Positions 1-14,809 of a DNA stretch of 64,000 nucleotides are shown here, piece by piece. The stretch is from NCBI RefSeq assembly GCF_009914755.1, contig NC_060927.1. One strand, given 5' to 3'. How positions within the stretch are numbered: the first letter of the stretch is position 1; the number at the start of each line of letters is the position of its first letter. This stretch comes from the human T2T-CHM13v2.0 reference genome, Homo sapiens. A model generated the notes under the pieces. It was not told the origin of the DNA and made no database searches. It saw only the letters and a program-made list of their open reading frames with translations. The translations under genes were made by a program, and so were the position numbers.

Positions 1-1172
1 AATTTTTACCAACATTTTATTACACGCAGAGAGTAAACATCTGGAAATCATCCTGGGTAATCAGTGTGAATTTTTGTGGTGAAATAGAGGCTTATATTAT
101 ATGCTAGAGTTTAGTGATTATAGTCTTAATGATCTGTACATTATTCATAAAATGCTTTGTTTTAAATCTGTCTTTAAAAAATAATTAGAATTCAAGTTAT
201 TTGCGAAACAGGAATCCTGCCACTTTATTTTTTACTTTACATACATCTCCCTGGGACAGTCTGGTTGTTGGAGAAGGGAGTTTAGTATTGGTTTGTTTTT
301 GGTGTGTTTGCTTTTCTTCTTTAACTCGTTATTTATGAAATTTAAGAAGCAGTACGGATCCTAAGTCAGGCAAGTAAGCTAGAAAACAATCAAACTCGAA
401 AATTACCCAGGCATGAAATCCCCTTGAACTAAGGAATGCTTTCAACGTTAAGTTCTCCATAAGCTTGAACTATAAATGATAACATTTCAAAAATACTTTT
501 TAAAGGAAGATTCATATTAGGAAACTTGATCATCTAAAATTAGACAAACCTATCTTCTCTTACTATCCTAAAATAATAGCCTACACCCTTACCCAATATG
601 ATCTAAAAATAACAGATTGTATATCACCCCTAAAGTAACTTGGCTTGGGCCCAAGAACTAATACATACATGACACTCAGAATTGCATCCAAAAAAAGAAA
701 TGGCATTTTATTTCTTGTGAGTTCTCACAGCACAGTAAGCCTCCATGGCACTATAATCCTAATTAATGTTCATCTTCTTCACTGTGTTCAAGTGTGAAAA
801 ATGCAAAGCAGCAACACTCTTCACCGGAAATCAGGCTCCCAAGAGCCTGCAGTTTCAGAAGGTGGGTCTCAAACTCGATTTTAAGTCTTCCACTCTAATA
901 GGGATTATGTGTCTTCATTCTGAAAGCTGATAACCTGAGGAATTAAAGAGCTGACATGGGAAAGGAAAACCAATGCAAGGAAAATGCTAGTTTTTATGTT
1001 ATTTTATTTTTTCACTTAATATGAAGGAGTCATATGGATATAGGCCAAATAATGCTAGAAGTAGAAGAATACTAGGAATTACAACAGTAAAGAGTGGGGT
1101 GAAGGCAAGGAGGAGATGAAGATGGAGAGAATAACAAAAAGAGAAAAACAGCAGCTCAAAGGGGAAAGGCAA

Positions 1173-1414
1173 CAGGGCTGCATCCTGACTTTTGTGGGCT
1201 TCTTCCTCCACAAAAAAATATTAAATTTCTATTTTACTACTGCATTGGAATGAAGATCAATACACTTATATTATGTATAAAAATATTTTCTTCAACCTGA
1301 AAGTTCATCTTTTTCTTCTGATTTTGAAAGAAATAAAAACATTTTTGTGTGCTCCTAAAAGTTCTGTGGGCCTAAGCACTGGGCCCACTGTGTCTAATGG
1401 TTAAGTCATCCCTG
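1173..1414 (-). mobile_element. hAT-Tip100 non-autonomous DNA transposon, ORSL-like
   Basis: CAGGG...CCCTG termini; internal GTGGGCCTAAGCACTGGGCCCACTGTGTCTAATGG resembles the recalled ORSL consensus. Confidence 0.65.
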
Positions 1415-2144
1415 GCAGATAGAAAGAGAGGGAGGGAGGAGGAATGTTCTGCTTGGAAATGACGGGCGAATTAAAGCAAGCAAAAGAAAAATTAAATAAG
1501 CACATAGGTGGAAGTGTATTTTCATCATTAGATATAAATTATATATTAAATTATTTATAATCATGCCAGGTAACCTTTATTGAATACTATGTGCTAAGCA
1601 CATTACATTATCTCACTCATTCCACACAATAACCTTGAAATTAAGCAGAAGATGTACCTTGATGTTTTAGGGCCTCTTGGGTCATAGGCTAGAATTCAGA
1701 ATTGAATGCAATCACAAACGTAAGGTGCACAGAACTCCGTTCTCAACCTACTTTTCCCAGGCAGTCTCTGTAACATCCCTGGCTTTAGCAGTCACCCATT
1801 GGCTGGTGACTACTAAATATATAGCTCCAGCTGTTTCTGTTAGGATATTTTCAATTGTCAATAACAAGACCCTTATCCAAATGATACAGGTGGCCAGTAA
1901 GCCATCAAGGCTAACCCCAGTATCCTCGGAATCACCCTATTTCACCTGCTCATCACTCCTTACTTGAATTATTGCAATACCATCCTACAAGACCTCCTTA
2001 CCTCAAGTCCCCTTTGACCCGTGTCCCCATTGCTACCAGAAGTATGCTTCCAGGTCGCCTAATGAGGGAAGAGAAAAGCATGTCACTATTTTATGTAACT
2101 TCCTGTAGTAGCTCCCCTTTAGCTTCTGGATATGGTCCAAGTAT

Positions 2145-2290
2145 GTTTTTATTCGGCAAATACTTATTGGGATCTCCATGTCAGATTTGGGTTTGGTGAT
2201 ATGGATGAAAGATGAACTAAATAGATGGGGTCCCTGCCTTCATGGGCATGTACATTCTAGGGGACTCTAGAGGGAGTGGATGAGAGTACC
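2145..2290 (-). mobile_element. L2 LINE 3' fragment
   Basis: ATTCGGCAAATACTTATTGGG...GTCCCTGCCTTCATGG...ACATTCTAG is the typical reverse-complement L2 3' end; boundaries approximate. Confidence 0.55.
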
Positions 2291-5121
2291 TAGAGTGAAG
2301 TCCTGATCCAGAGAACAGAGCCACTAACCTGTTTTTAAGGAAAATCAGTTTCATGAGCTTGGAGGGGAAGGAGCTGCTAAAGAATCAAATAGTGATGTTC
2401 CCAGTGCTCTTCAGTGTTCTCAGAATTCCTTGAACCTTATTAAATTGCTCACCATAGTGTCTTCATAACTGTTAATGTCCCAGCCTTTCCCCTGGGAAAG
2501 CTAAACTTTTTTTCCTAATGCCTAAAACTTCTGTGCACATTATTTCATTTCATTTTTCTGCTTATTTATACCCTGCCTTGGTCCTCCTCCAGCCCCCACA
2601 AGAAAATATCTGGGATTTGGGATTGCTTGACCCATAGTAGAAACTCAAAAATGACTGAACACCTTGACAAGTGAAAAAACTGAGACCCAGAAAAGTTAAA
2701 CTGTTGCCCAAGGCCAACCAAATAAATTTCCTCTGAAAGCCACATAAGGTTGGAAGGCTTATCATGAAAGGTAAGTTCCGCATCATAGGCAGTGTCTGAC
2801 AACAGAGTAGATGCTATGGGTCATAGATCATCCTGAGGTCCTCGTGGCCCTGTTCAAGCTGTGATTCTGCAAAGCACAGAGCAGGTTGGCAATTTACAAT
2901 CCCTTGCAGAACTTCCTAACTTTAAATAAATTTTACAGCAATTTTATCTAAGTTCAAAATTTTAAATATTTTAGAGAATTTTTGGATAATGCCTACAAAT
3001 CTTTTAAAGAAGTTTAATAGGTTCTAGACAAATATACATTTTAATGAGAACCCAAAATTATATTTAGCTATATAATATAATTTAGCCTTTTAGAAAATCA
3101 GTATGCTATAATAAAAGCATAACGCATTTTGTTCTTTTATTCATTGATTGATTTTTCTCTCACCTTAGACCTAGAAACACATTTTGTCCAGGAAAGCAGT
3201 TTCAAGTGAGTGAGTTACGTTGAATGCTCTGAAAGAATAATGCAACTTCTGGAAATCCCATGGTATCAGCCAAAGTTGTCAATGAATCAAAAATCAACTT
3301 TGAGGAATGTTTTGGTATGTAGATGCTTCTAATGAATATGCTGAAATCATGTGAAACAGCCCTCATCAGCATCAACAAATATTTGTTAGGCTTATCATGT
3401 GGATGGATTAATGAGGATATGAAAGCCTTAAGTGTCCAAAACTGACATTGCCTCAGGATGCCCTCTTGGGTTCTTAAGCCTAGTTTTTATTTAACTAGAG
3501 TCCTCAGCTTTTTATTGGACATTGTACCTTCAAATTATAATAAAATTAATTGTAAAAATATTATTATTCTTATTTCAATTGTGCAACCCAAATTTCTGGA
3601 ATATACCTGGCATAGAGCAGGGTGAAATCATACTTAGAAAAAAACAAACCAAAACTTTGAAGACATTTTGGTAGGATTTATCCCTCCTGAAAATCTGTTG
3701 GTCTATTCCATGACATCTGCTGACCAGTGTTGCATATGTTCAATTCTATGGTTTAATCAGTTATTTTTTAACTTAACACTAAGCATTTTCCTGCCTCTCT
3801 AGAAAAGCCAGAGAGGAATCCAATCTTCTGTAAGCTCTAGAAACGCGTTAATATTTTTCTTATACCACCTAGTCAAATATCTTTTTTCCCAGACAGGTTC
3901 TGCTTTGTGGAAATGAGCTGCAAAGACCTGCCAATTCAACTCTCAATGATAAACAAAGCCTACTTGTCTTAAAATTTTGTCAAGGCAGAATTTTACCTGT
4001 CAATTTCATTTCAAATTGTACAGACTGCCCTATGTTTGCAGGAAAAAACCCAGCTTGTTAACAGTAGGACCCAAATACTAAACTTACAAAGGTAGTCCAA
4101 GAGGAAGCACCCACGACAAACAGAAACTTCCAAAACCTAACACAATGTGGACATGCACATCACACTCAGATCTTTGCCTTCACTAAAAAAAGTAAACAGT
4201 GTGATGACATCATTCACAGCCAATTAAAGCACAGCCCCATGGCAAAGGAAGTGCTGGGAGATCCTTCTGCAAGTAAGCATAAGAGTGAACATGCAATATG
4301 TTTGATAAGCTGTCCTAGTACATGTCCAGGGGCTCTAAGCTGTATTTACAAAATAGCATTTGTTGCTGCTTCAAAAACAGCTGAGGGTGGCCAGCAATAT
4401 ATCACATTCCACAAGAGGAGCAATTGCGGTGATGGACACAGGATGACCAGGAACAACCTTTGTTCGTCGTTCCATCACATGGTTCAATAATAAATATTAC
4501 TACTCATCCAGTGTACACATAGGATGTGGTGAGGCAAAACCCTCTCCCAGAGGTCAGAGTTCACTCCCTTTTCCAGGCAGATCCCTTAATCAAATTTATT
4601 GTCTTTACTTTGGGGAAACACAATTTTCCCATCAAGTAGAAGGCAATCTTGGAACAGCAGATTGGGGCCTATTTATTACAGTCGCTTTCAAGTTCTCCTT
4701 TTTTTCTTCTGAGTCCCAAACAGTTCATGGTCCCCTGGTCTTGATTAAACCAGTCTTGTATTTTGAAGTTTTGCTTTCTCTCTTATCTAGCCTCCCCTAA
4801 GTTCCAAATGATCTCACTTTGTAGTTTCATTGGCTAGAGATACCACAAAAGTCCGAAGTCACTGATAATGTACTTGGAGGCACAGGCCCATTTTATGAGA
4901 TTCTATCGTTTTGGTTCTTCATGAGAACACAGTCTTCTTTCAACACAGGGTTGTAGATCCATTACTAGGTGTTAGCAGAATTATAAAATAGTATTGTGCA
5001 ATACACAATATAATCAATTTAACACAAAATATTGTATTATTTTAAAAACACAATATACTGTGGTTTTGACTTTTTTCTTTAGAAAAATAAAATAGCCCCT
5101 TTTTTTTTTTTTAGAAATTCA

Positions 5122-5477
<356 letters not shown>

Positions 5478-5866
5478 GAAGAGAACTGATAGAAAGAACT
5501 GGCACTCAAATGCCTACCTTTGACTTAACAACAACAACAAAAAAACAAACAGACAACATTTGACACAGAGTACATCCTCTGAACATCTTTACTAACTAGC
5601 AATAAACTTATTTTATAAATACTGCCTCACTGAGGACCAAGTCTGAGCCAACTTAGATACCTTCACTATGAATGATGCCTTTCTAAGAAGGACTACAAAG
5701 ATCAGAGAAAGGCCAGTCCTCGTCTGGGTAGTCTGGTGTCTGAAGCAAGAATTTTTCTTCGTGCCTAACCCATGGCTCTAGTCAAGTACCTCACACTTGT
5801 TCTGATCCTCCTACTTGGAGGAAAATATTTATCATTAGAACTCACTGGACATCTGTATTCTTTTGA

Positions 5867-6219
5867 TGATATGGTTTGGCTGTGTCCCCACCCAAATCTC
5901 ATGTTGAATTCCCACGTGTGTGGGAGGGACCTGAAGAGAAGTAATTGAATCATGGGGGCAGGTCTTTCCCATGCTGTTCTTGTAATAGTGAGTAAGTCTC
6001 ATGAGATCTGATGGTTTTAAAAAGAGGAGTTCCCCTGCACAAGCTCTCTCTTGTCTGCTGCCTCCCAGGTAAGATGTGACTTGCTTCTCCTTGCCTTCTG
6101 CCATGATTGTGAGGCCTTCCCAGCCATGTGGAACTGTAAGTTCATTAATCCTTTTTTCCTATATTAATTACCCAGTCTTAGGTATGTCTTTATCATCAGC
6201 GTGAAAATGGACTAATACA
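5867..6219 (+). mobile_element. THE1 (THE1B-like) MaLR solo LTR
   Basis: Begins TGATATGGTTTGGCTGTGTCCCCACCCAAATCTC, ends GGACTAATACA; 5-bp TSD TTTGA/CTTGA. Confidence 0.93.
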
Positions 6220-9200
6220 CTTGATATATTTAAAATTCCTCCTCTTTCAATAAAAAGCTGTCTCAGGGACAATGGCATGTAATAAAGTCTACACCTACCA
6301 CACTCCGAAAATCCAGGCTTCTTCTTGACCAGAAGTCACTCAACAGGCTGAGCAGTTTCAAAGATCAGTGAGGGTTGGGCATGGACAATTCCATTTTACC
6401 TCTACCTTAGTCCTCAAGCTAACTATCACTGTTTACTTAACTTTACTTGCCTACATCTCTCCAGTCTCTGGGACATCTTCCTACTTTACTGATATTCTTC
6501 TTTTCTCTGGAATGTAGAGATTGTATCTCAGACCCCCAACCATACATGCTATTACAGTCAGGACCAACAAGAAAATGCTGGGATTCCCAAGTCCAACTCC
6601 CTCCCCTTGTGTTTTCCCCCACTAGGATAACCACTCTGAGGCCCTTGTAAATTTGCCCAGTGGATTTTTATTTCGGTCCTAAAGTTCAGAGTTTAATGGC
6701 GGGAAGTTAAGGAAGTGTGGGGCTTTTCTCAACCTTCAAACCCTATGGCCCCCAATAAAAAGGATTCCAGATAGCTTTCAATCTTTTCCATTTGTACTCT
6801 CAGTCCAAGAAGAGATTTTATCTGAGCATCATAAAAATCATGCCAAACAAGCCCTTCTCTGTTTTGGTCAGTTCAAATCAGTTAGTGATTTTTGCACTTT
6901 CTAATATTTAAAGGACTATTGAAAGAGTGTCCTAACTTTTCTTTTGACACTGTTAAGAGAGTTTTTTTGGAACAATTCCAGAAAAGATTCCAAGTTGGGG
7001 CTGGAGGAAAAGAGCCAAAGGCATAATATGGTTTGTATTTAAAGTTTCTCCATATCAGATGAGATTATTGTGTAGAAAGTTCCTTTTTCCTATGTATATT
7101 TTTAAGCTACATTTTGCCTGCTGAAATGTAGCCAGTAGAATTATTGAAGCCCCAAACTTCTTTCTGAAAAGTAGCAGGAAATGCACTTCTTAGAGAGAAA
7201 TGACATTTCTGAAGTGGAAGAATTGGTGGAAATTAAGTTCCTCAGAGGCAAATTTTTTCTCCCAAAGTTGGTGGCCCGGGCTCTGGTGAGCCCCAGGCCT
7301 AGCCTTTGGTAAACTGAGAAATTGTCAAGCTGAGCTTGGGTGCAACCTCCTGCACATCCACACTGGCACACACAGCACTAAACACTTGAGGTCTTTGTCT
7401 GACCAATGCCAAGAAACCCCCAGAGAGTACCCTACTGGACTTCTCTCTTCTCTGTGAAAATGTCCTCTTAGGAGGTTATCCTATTGTGAATAAAGAAAAT
7501 AGGGTCAAATTACAGAATGTTGAGTGCCACTGGAGGCAACGATTTTTAAAAAAATCTTGAAAATCATCCAGTAGGGTTATTTCCAGAACTGTTAATTTTT
7601 AATATTTTAGCTGAAAATCCCTTTCTTCAAAAAAAAAGTTTCAAAAAGGCGTAAGGTATAAATAAGTGAACCAAGAGCTACTGGTTACAGCTCCTTTTCT
7701 TTCCAGAGGGAGAGCCTGGAAATCCCCAGATATTTAAAAAGCCATTACTGTAATCCAGTCCCTTCAATTCACAGATGACAAACTTGAGCCCAAAAGTGAA
7801 TCAACTTGTCCAACATTACCAAATGAAACAATGACAAAAGTCAAAAGCTCCTCAAGGGTATGTCTTTACTGTCACTGGACCTGACACAGGCCCTCAAAAG
7901 CCCTGTAATAAATGCTAATTACCTGAATTCAACAATTTATGCTATGGTGTTAATGACTGATACAATCTTTAAACATTACCCCTCTTAGGGGTGTTTGCTT
8001 TCATTTAAACAGGATTCAGTTCCTTAGATCAAAGAAGGAATATCTAACAGCAAATATGTAGATGTTGTCAATAGGCTTGTTGGTACAGGAGAAAATTGAG
8101 GGTAGTATAACAGAACCTCCAGAAACAGACTCTCTGTCATTTGACAATAATACACAATTACATAATTCAATTGTGTGCATGTTGGGTGAGGGACAGGAGA
8201 GGAAGGGGATAAAAGCAATATCTGTCATTTTCATAAAAGTACCTAAAATAAGAAAACCTAAATCAAATCATATTGACTGGTGCAGTATGCTGAAGTTTGA
8301 ATGAGAACACATTGAGAGTTGATCCTGCATTAATTCCGGTCGGAGCACGTCTGTTAGCTACTTCTGATGTCATCATGCGTGTGTGTAATTTACACTGCTC
8401 TGTGTCTTACCATGAGCAGAATGTTTTCTGTTTTAGGATGAGTATAAGTTTTATTTTAACTTAAAGTTTGCCTTGATAAAACAAAAATAGGGCTTTTAGG
8501 CCCTATTGAGTATGATAATAGGAGCTTTTAGGCTTTCAAAATGTATTTGTTTCTTCCTCTATTTCTTCTAGCCCATCAGATGAATACATCATGATTACAG
8601 AAATAAGTGGATTATTAAAGTAAATTTGTTTAGATTGGGTAATAGGTTCCATTAAATGGCACCAGGTATTATGCTGTGAGCCAATGTGTAAATGAAAAAT
8701 AAAGAGTAATTCCATTTGTCAGAGATCTAAAAAGCTTGACACCCTGGAAAAAACAGCTACACCACCCATCACCACTATCAGCTTCATTCATTGCTCAACC
8801 AGCCAGACCAGACACTTTCCCACAGTACGCCTCATGATTACATTATTATTATTATTTTGGAGGTTAGTTGATGATGACAGGAGAAAAAAAAAAGGAACTC
8901 ACATCAATTATGGTTTCACATTTACTGCAAAGGAAGAGGTTCTATTTTCCAATATGCTGCAAATCCCAACAGTCCAAAGTGACACTGTAACTGTCATTTT
9001 GACAGACACATGAGTCAAAATCACAAATATCTAATTTAAAACGCTATGGAGTTGCTTATTTTTCTGCAAGGCATAAATGTTGGCAACACATGAAACTGAA
9101 TAATACTGAATTCATTAGGAATTCACAAGGGTGGTGAAAGTTTTCTATCTTGAAGTTAGGAGTAAAAAAACACCAAACCACTTTACATTCCGCATTCTGT

Positions 9201-11814
9201 CAAAACTATACTTGATGAGAAAATTGAGAGGAGATTCCAAAATATTTCCTTATCCAATTCTACCACCAAATGGCAAACATCTGATTTTGCCATCAATCAA
9301 ATCATTGCCCTTTTCAGCCATTTTGGTGACTCCATCAAAGGATATTCAGCTCAACTGTTTGCGCATGTGCAATTGTGACTCAAGATGGTACGGAGGAAGA
9401 AATCCTGCTTTCTTACCTCTCAGAGACTATCATTAAGGATTACAATGTCTTTAAATTTGCCCAAAAGAGCAGAAATGATTAGAATACTCATGGAAGGTTC
9501 TCTAACAGTCAGAATTCTTGTGGAAAATAAAATAACAAAAGTTACCTGTTGTTGCCAAGTGTCAGCTTCCACATATGGCCTGGGCATCTACAGAAAGACC
9601 TCAGTCTTGCTCTCAGAACACCAGATTGTCTGCCTTGCATTGTGAAGATCTGCACGCTTATCACATAGTTCTAGCCTTTGTTGAGCTCTAGGTTTGTTGA
9701 GAAATCTTGTGGGCTACATTCAAGAATTGAGAGATACAGCTGCTCTATTTTGGAATACAGAGAAAGGACTAGGAATCATTCTTCAAAATATTTAATAACT
9801 AATACGGCACAGGCACAGACAAGTCAAGACTGACACTGGCACAAATAATAGGTATCACTGCATTGGAGCATACTTACTGAGTACCAATTATTTCACCCTT
9901 CAAAAATAACAATGAGATCACAACATAGGTATCAACATAGAAAGATGTCCAAGTTATAGCCCAGTGAGGAAACAAATTTGTGTAACACGAGGTATAACAT
10001 GGTCCAATTTATAAATGTTTAGAGAAATCTGATGAGACTTACAGATTACCCCCACAGGATTCTGGCAAATAGGTATAGAACCTCAGGCAAAGAGATCTCC
10101 TGAGAGTCTTATTCCTGAGTTCTAGTCCTAAATCTACCATGTTGCTTAACCCTTACATGCCTCGGGTTCTATGAAATCAAGGAGTTAAACTAGAAAATCT
10201 TTACGCTATTCCAGTTCTCATTTGCTATGAGTATAAGAGCAATTCTTTCTTAGGTCACTTTTGTGAAAGAAAGGTTTAAAAAACCTACTTCGAAGATTAT
10301 TGCAAGGCTTAAAAAGAGCAGGTTTGTGAATATGCATTGTAAACTGTGAATATAGTATAATAACAATAATAATCCATAGCTTGAAAAAGCTATGTACTAC
10401 ATAAATTGTAGCCTGTACTACAATTTATTAGTTGTTCATACTAGTTCTTCTTAACTTCAGCTCACTTGGGGATATTATGTACACAAATTCTTCATCAAAA
10501 AGCCCAGAGCCTTATGTTTAAGGTTACTTTAGGGGCTAAACCATATCATATATCAGCCTCAGGGGTAAAAAAAAAAAAAATCTGTTGCAGCAAAGTTGAC
10601 TTCATTAAACTTCTGAAAAGTGAATCCTATTTTCCCACTGATGACCTTGATAAAATCAGAATCACGTCTCCTAGAAAATATTTCAGTGGATTAGGTTGCA
10701 AACTCATTTTTCTATTTAAAGAATTATAGAAGTTAGCTAAATATCTTTGAGGGGTCTCTGTCAACTAAAATAGCCTGTGGTTCTGATTCTGTTTTAGGAT
10801 TCAGTCCAGGAGTTACCATTTCTCAAACTGGGATGCCAGTGGGTGTGTCCCGCTCAGATTTTCATGGGGTCTTAGGAATGTGTCTCCCCTCTTGATGTCA
10901 ATCTGGTAAAGCGGGGTTTACTCTGAATCTGTTTCTTTTTTAACTGTATGGCCACCAAGGACAGAAATAGAATTTGGACTGATGTCACTGAAGGAACAAT
11001 TCAACGTAAAAAACTTTCTAACAACCAGAGCTCTCTAATAAAGAAGTAGCCAGTAATCAAAGGAACTGAGTTACTGTGGCAGGAGAAAAGAAACAGGGGA
11101 GCTCACTGCTTATTGGGGATAAGCATCCATTTTAGGATATTTTTGCTCATCTTTTATCTCTTCTAATTGTAGGCGCCCTGAGGACAGCTTTTTACATTTT
11201 GTTGCTTTCTGCATCTCTGGACATATTGTGGATGTTTAATAATTATATTTTTAATGATTGAAGGAATAACACAGAAGGGAATCCTGCATTTATTGAGCAG
11301 GGCGTTGGAATGCAAAACTTTAAGATACTTTAACTGTGAAATTCTTGGAAGCATTCATCATCCTGTGGAAAGCTAAATTCAATGGTAAGTGTGCAATGTG
11401 TTAGTAAGTATTTTGCAATTTTTAAGAACATTTTTCTATCTCCAGATTGTTGTCAGTTCCTTCTTGCAGTTCTCTATTTAGAAGATTTTCTTTCTTATCT
11501 AAGGCTCCAACGTTATACTAGAGCCCCCAGAACTGAGAAATCACTATTCTTCTCATTGCAAAATGTCTAGTATTTAAAAGAGCTATGCTGCCAAATCGTC
11601 TTTTACCAGCATAAGCCACATGCTAATTGCAAAAATATCTGATTCTGAAAAATTTGAAGTTTTACATTATGACAAATAAAACATAAATTTGATAACTTCT
11701 GGATTCTACCAGACTTGTTTGTTTCAAATAAAATATACTTGAATTTCATATTATTCTCGAGTACAATCAGCACCCTGATTTGTTTATGTTTGTGATTTTG
11801 ACTCATACTCTGAG

Positions 11815-12372
<558 letters not shown>

Positions 12373-12774
12373 TAAAATAATATCTGCGGTATGTCAATAG
12401 TATTATGTATAAATAATATTCACAGTATATCACTATCCAATTTTTTCAGGAAATCATTTTGATAGATAATCCAGCTCATACATGTGAAATTACTCAGTTC
12501 AAAATTTCTCATTAGCACTAAGGGGAACAGATGACCCAGTTCTCAAGTTTCATGCACTTAGGTTAACTGGAATTAAAATAAGTGGGGGATGCTCTTTATT
12601 TTACATCATCCACAGAGGAACTGAAGGTCAAGTGCTTCGCAACTCAAGGGTCCAGACATATATGCCCCTGCTTCCTTCCCCAGGGTCAGTGCACAGGCAT
12701 TGTTCCTTTCCTGGAGTTATCTTTGTTGTCTTCCTTCCACCTTTATAGCCCACTATTATTACTGTCTCCTTTAC

Positions 12775-12804
12775 TGTTTTTTTTGTTTTGTTTTGTTTTG
12801 TTTT
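12775..12804 (+). repeat. (TTTTG)n simple repeat
   Basis: Direct pentamer repeats visible in the sequence. Confidence 0.8.
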
Positions 12805-13851
12805 AGCACTTGGCAAATATGTGAGGCAAAGTTTATAGGAGTTAAATATTTCTAAGAATATTGCTCTTAAAAGGTTTGTTAGAAAGGAGTCCTTTCTTCT
12901 ACCCTCCTTACTTTCCTCCCCTTCCCCCCTCTTTTCTCCACTCTCCCAAGACCACAAGATAAGTGTTCAAAGCCACTTTTGTTCTACAAAGTGGTCTCTG
13001 TCTCCTTTAGAAAGGGAAAGTTTCTATGTATGGTGGCAGTGGTTGGAATAAGTCAAAATGAAAAAGGTTAAGAGAATGTAAACATTTTTAAATTGCCTTT
13101 TTCAATTTTCTTTTAGTAGCTTTAAATAGCTATAAATAATATACACTTCATACACAGAGTAAAGTTAATTCTTATAAATATTCTTTCAGGAGAAATAAAA
13201 CGTTAGATGCATTTCACTTGGTAATATATTTTCCATTTACTGATTCTTTTCTAAAAGACTCCCCCTGCCCCCAATTTCTGTCTTATCAGTAGAGTGCATA
13301 GAGAATATTTGACTTGAAGCTGAATCTGTTTTCTCAATTTTTTGAGTGACTATTCTCTAAAGAAAGTATTATTAAAAGCAGACTTCCCCCAAATTGACTT
13401 TAACAGCAATTATTTTCTTTGAATATGAGAAGGATATTTTGATTTCCCAAATGCACGTTAACTGAATTTTTGAACTGGATCTTTTATGGCTGAGTTTTCT
13501 CTATTTTTTTCTGTAACAGAAACATTACATTACATTGTCTCCCTGAGAACCCTAAAGCTGGAGGTTCCATGGTATGTGTCTTGCATAAAATAAAACAGCA
13601 GATGACAGCAAATTCATTTTCCTACTCTGCCATAGCTCCTATGGCTCACTAACTTTTGAACTGTGGCTGTGCTGAGTGAATTTTCTTGTCAGGCCCTGTA
13701 AAACTGCTTTACAGAGAGAGCAAAAGCAACTTGAGTTTTCTCAAAGGGACCTGTGATAATGGACAAGTCACACTGCTTTTCTGGGCATCAGTAACTTCTA
13801 CTGTATAAATAAGAACTTTCAGATAGAATAATCTCCAGGGTTTGTTTTTTT

Positions 13852-13972
13852 GTCTTTCTAGCAATAAAAAAGTATTGACTCTGTTAACCAATATTTAATC
13901 ATTTTAAGTCAAACAAAACAAATTTTTACATCATTGTAGTGTTACAAATGTATTTGGTTTCTTTTATACTGC
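13852..13972 (+). repeat. Copy A of a ~120-bp local duplication (copy B at 15561-15636 plus 16474-16513)
   Basis: GTCTTTCTAGC...CTGTTAACCAATATTTAATCATTTTAA...ACATCATTGTAGTGTTACAAATGTA aligns by eye to the LTR-flanking sequence at about 85% identity. Confidence 0.85.
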
Positions 13973-14809
13973 TTAGAGATAACTTCTTAAATATATATTG
14001 GATTTCAGTATTCTATATATAAATTTGAGCATTTCTTAATGGGGGAAAAAGATTAAAACTCATATTGGCTCAATTATACTGGAGCAGGGTGAGAACATCT
14101 CACCAGGCAAGAGCAAAGACAGCCCCGAATGTCTCCTCCCCTTTGTTGAAATATTACCAGCAAAACCCAAGTGATCAAAAAAGACTCACAAATTATATGG
14201 CAGTCCATGCCCATAAAACATGATACAATTCGGTCAAGGTACACTAGGTCAGTTGCTAAGAACCTCGTGTTTCTTCTAGTAGTTAAGTAAACAGTTAGAT
14301 GTGTTTGCTTTTTTTTTTTTTTTTTCAAAGACTAAGGAAAAGGGAAAATTGCCAACACAATTACCAAAATAATTAATTAAAAGCCAGCCCAGTCCGCAAC
14401 AGCTGCTTTCAGTTGTCCGGAGTGTGCCCTGAGGCAACAGCACCTTACAGCTCCTTTCTCAGGCAAGGAATGCTGCCATTATCTCGTTCTCAATGGAAAA
14501 CCACCTCCCCTGCCACATCCCTGTAAATTGTTGAACCTAAAGGGCTTTTTTCTCCACCCAGAAAAGAAGGTAATGGAAACTAAAGTAGGCTGTTCAACCA
14601 TAAGCCTTGGGAAGCTTCCAAAAGCTTTCATTCCTGTCCAGAAGCTTCTAAAGAGGAGGCCTACGATTAGGGAGATAAGCAATACTATCAAATTTTTGGA
14701 GCCTGGAAATGCTTTCCCCAACCCCATTTTTCTTTTAAGTAAGGGACCCAGAATGAGAAATAAATATTTGGGAAAGACACAGGAACTACATTTCCATCTT
14801 ATAAATCCT

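Noticed and set aside
4985-5060. AT-rich overlapping short inverted repeats (GTATTG-TG-CAATAC; TATTGTG...CACAATA)
   Set aside because: Stems are too short and AT-rich for a pre-miRNA; no known mature miRNA recognised.
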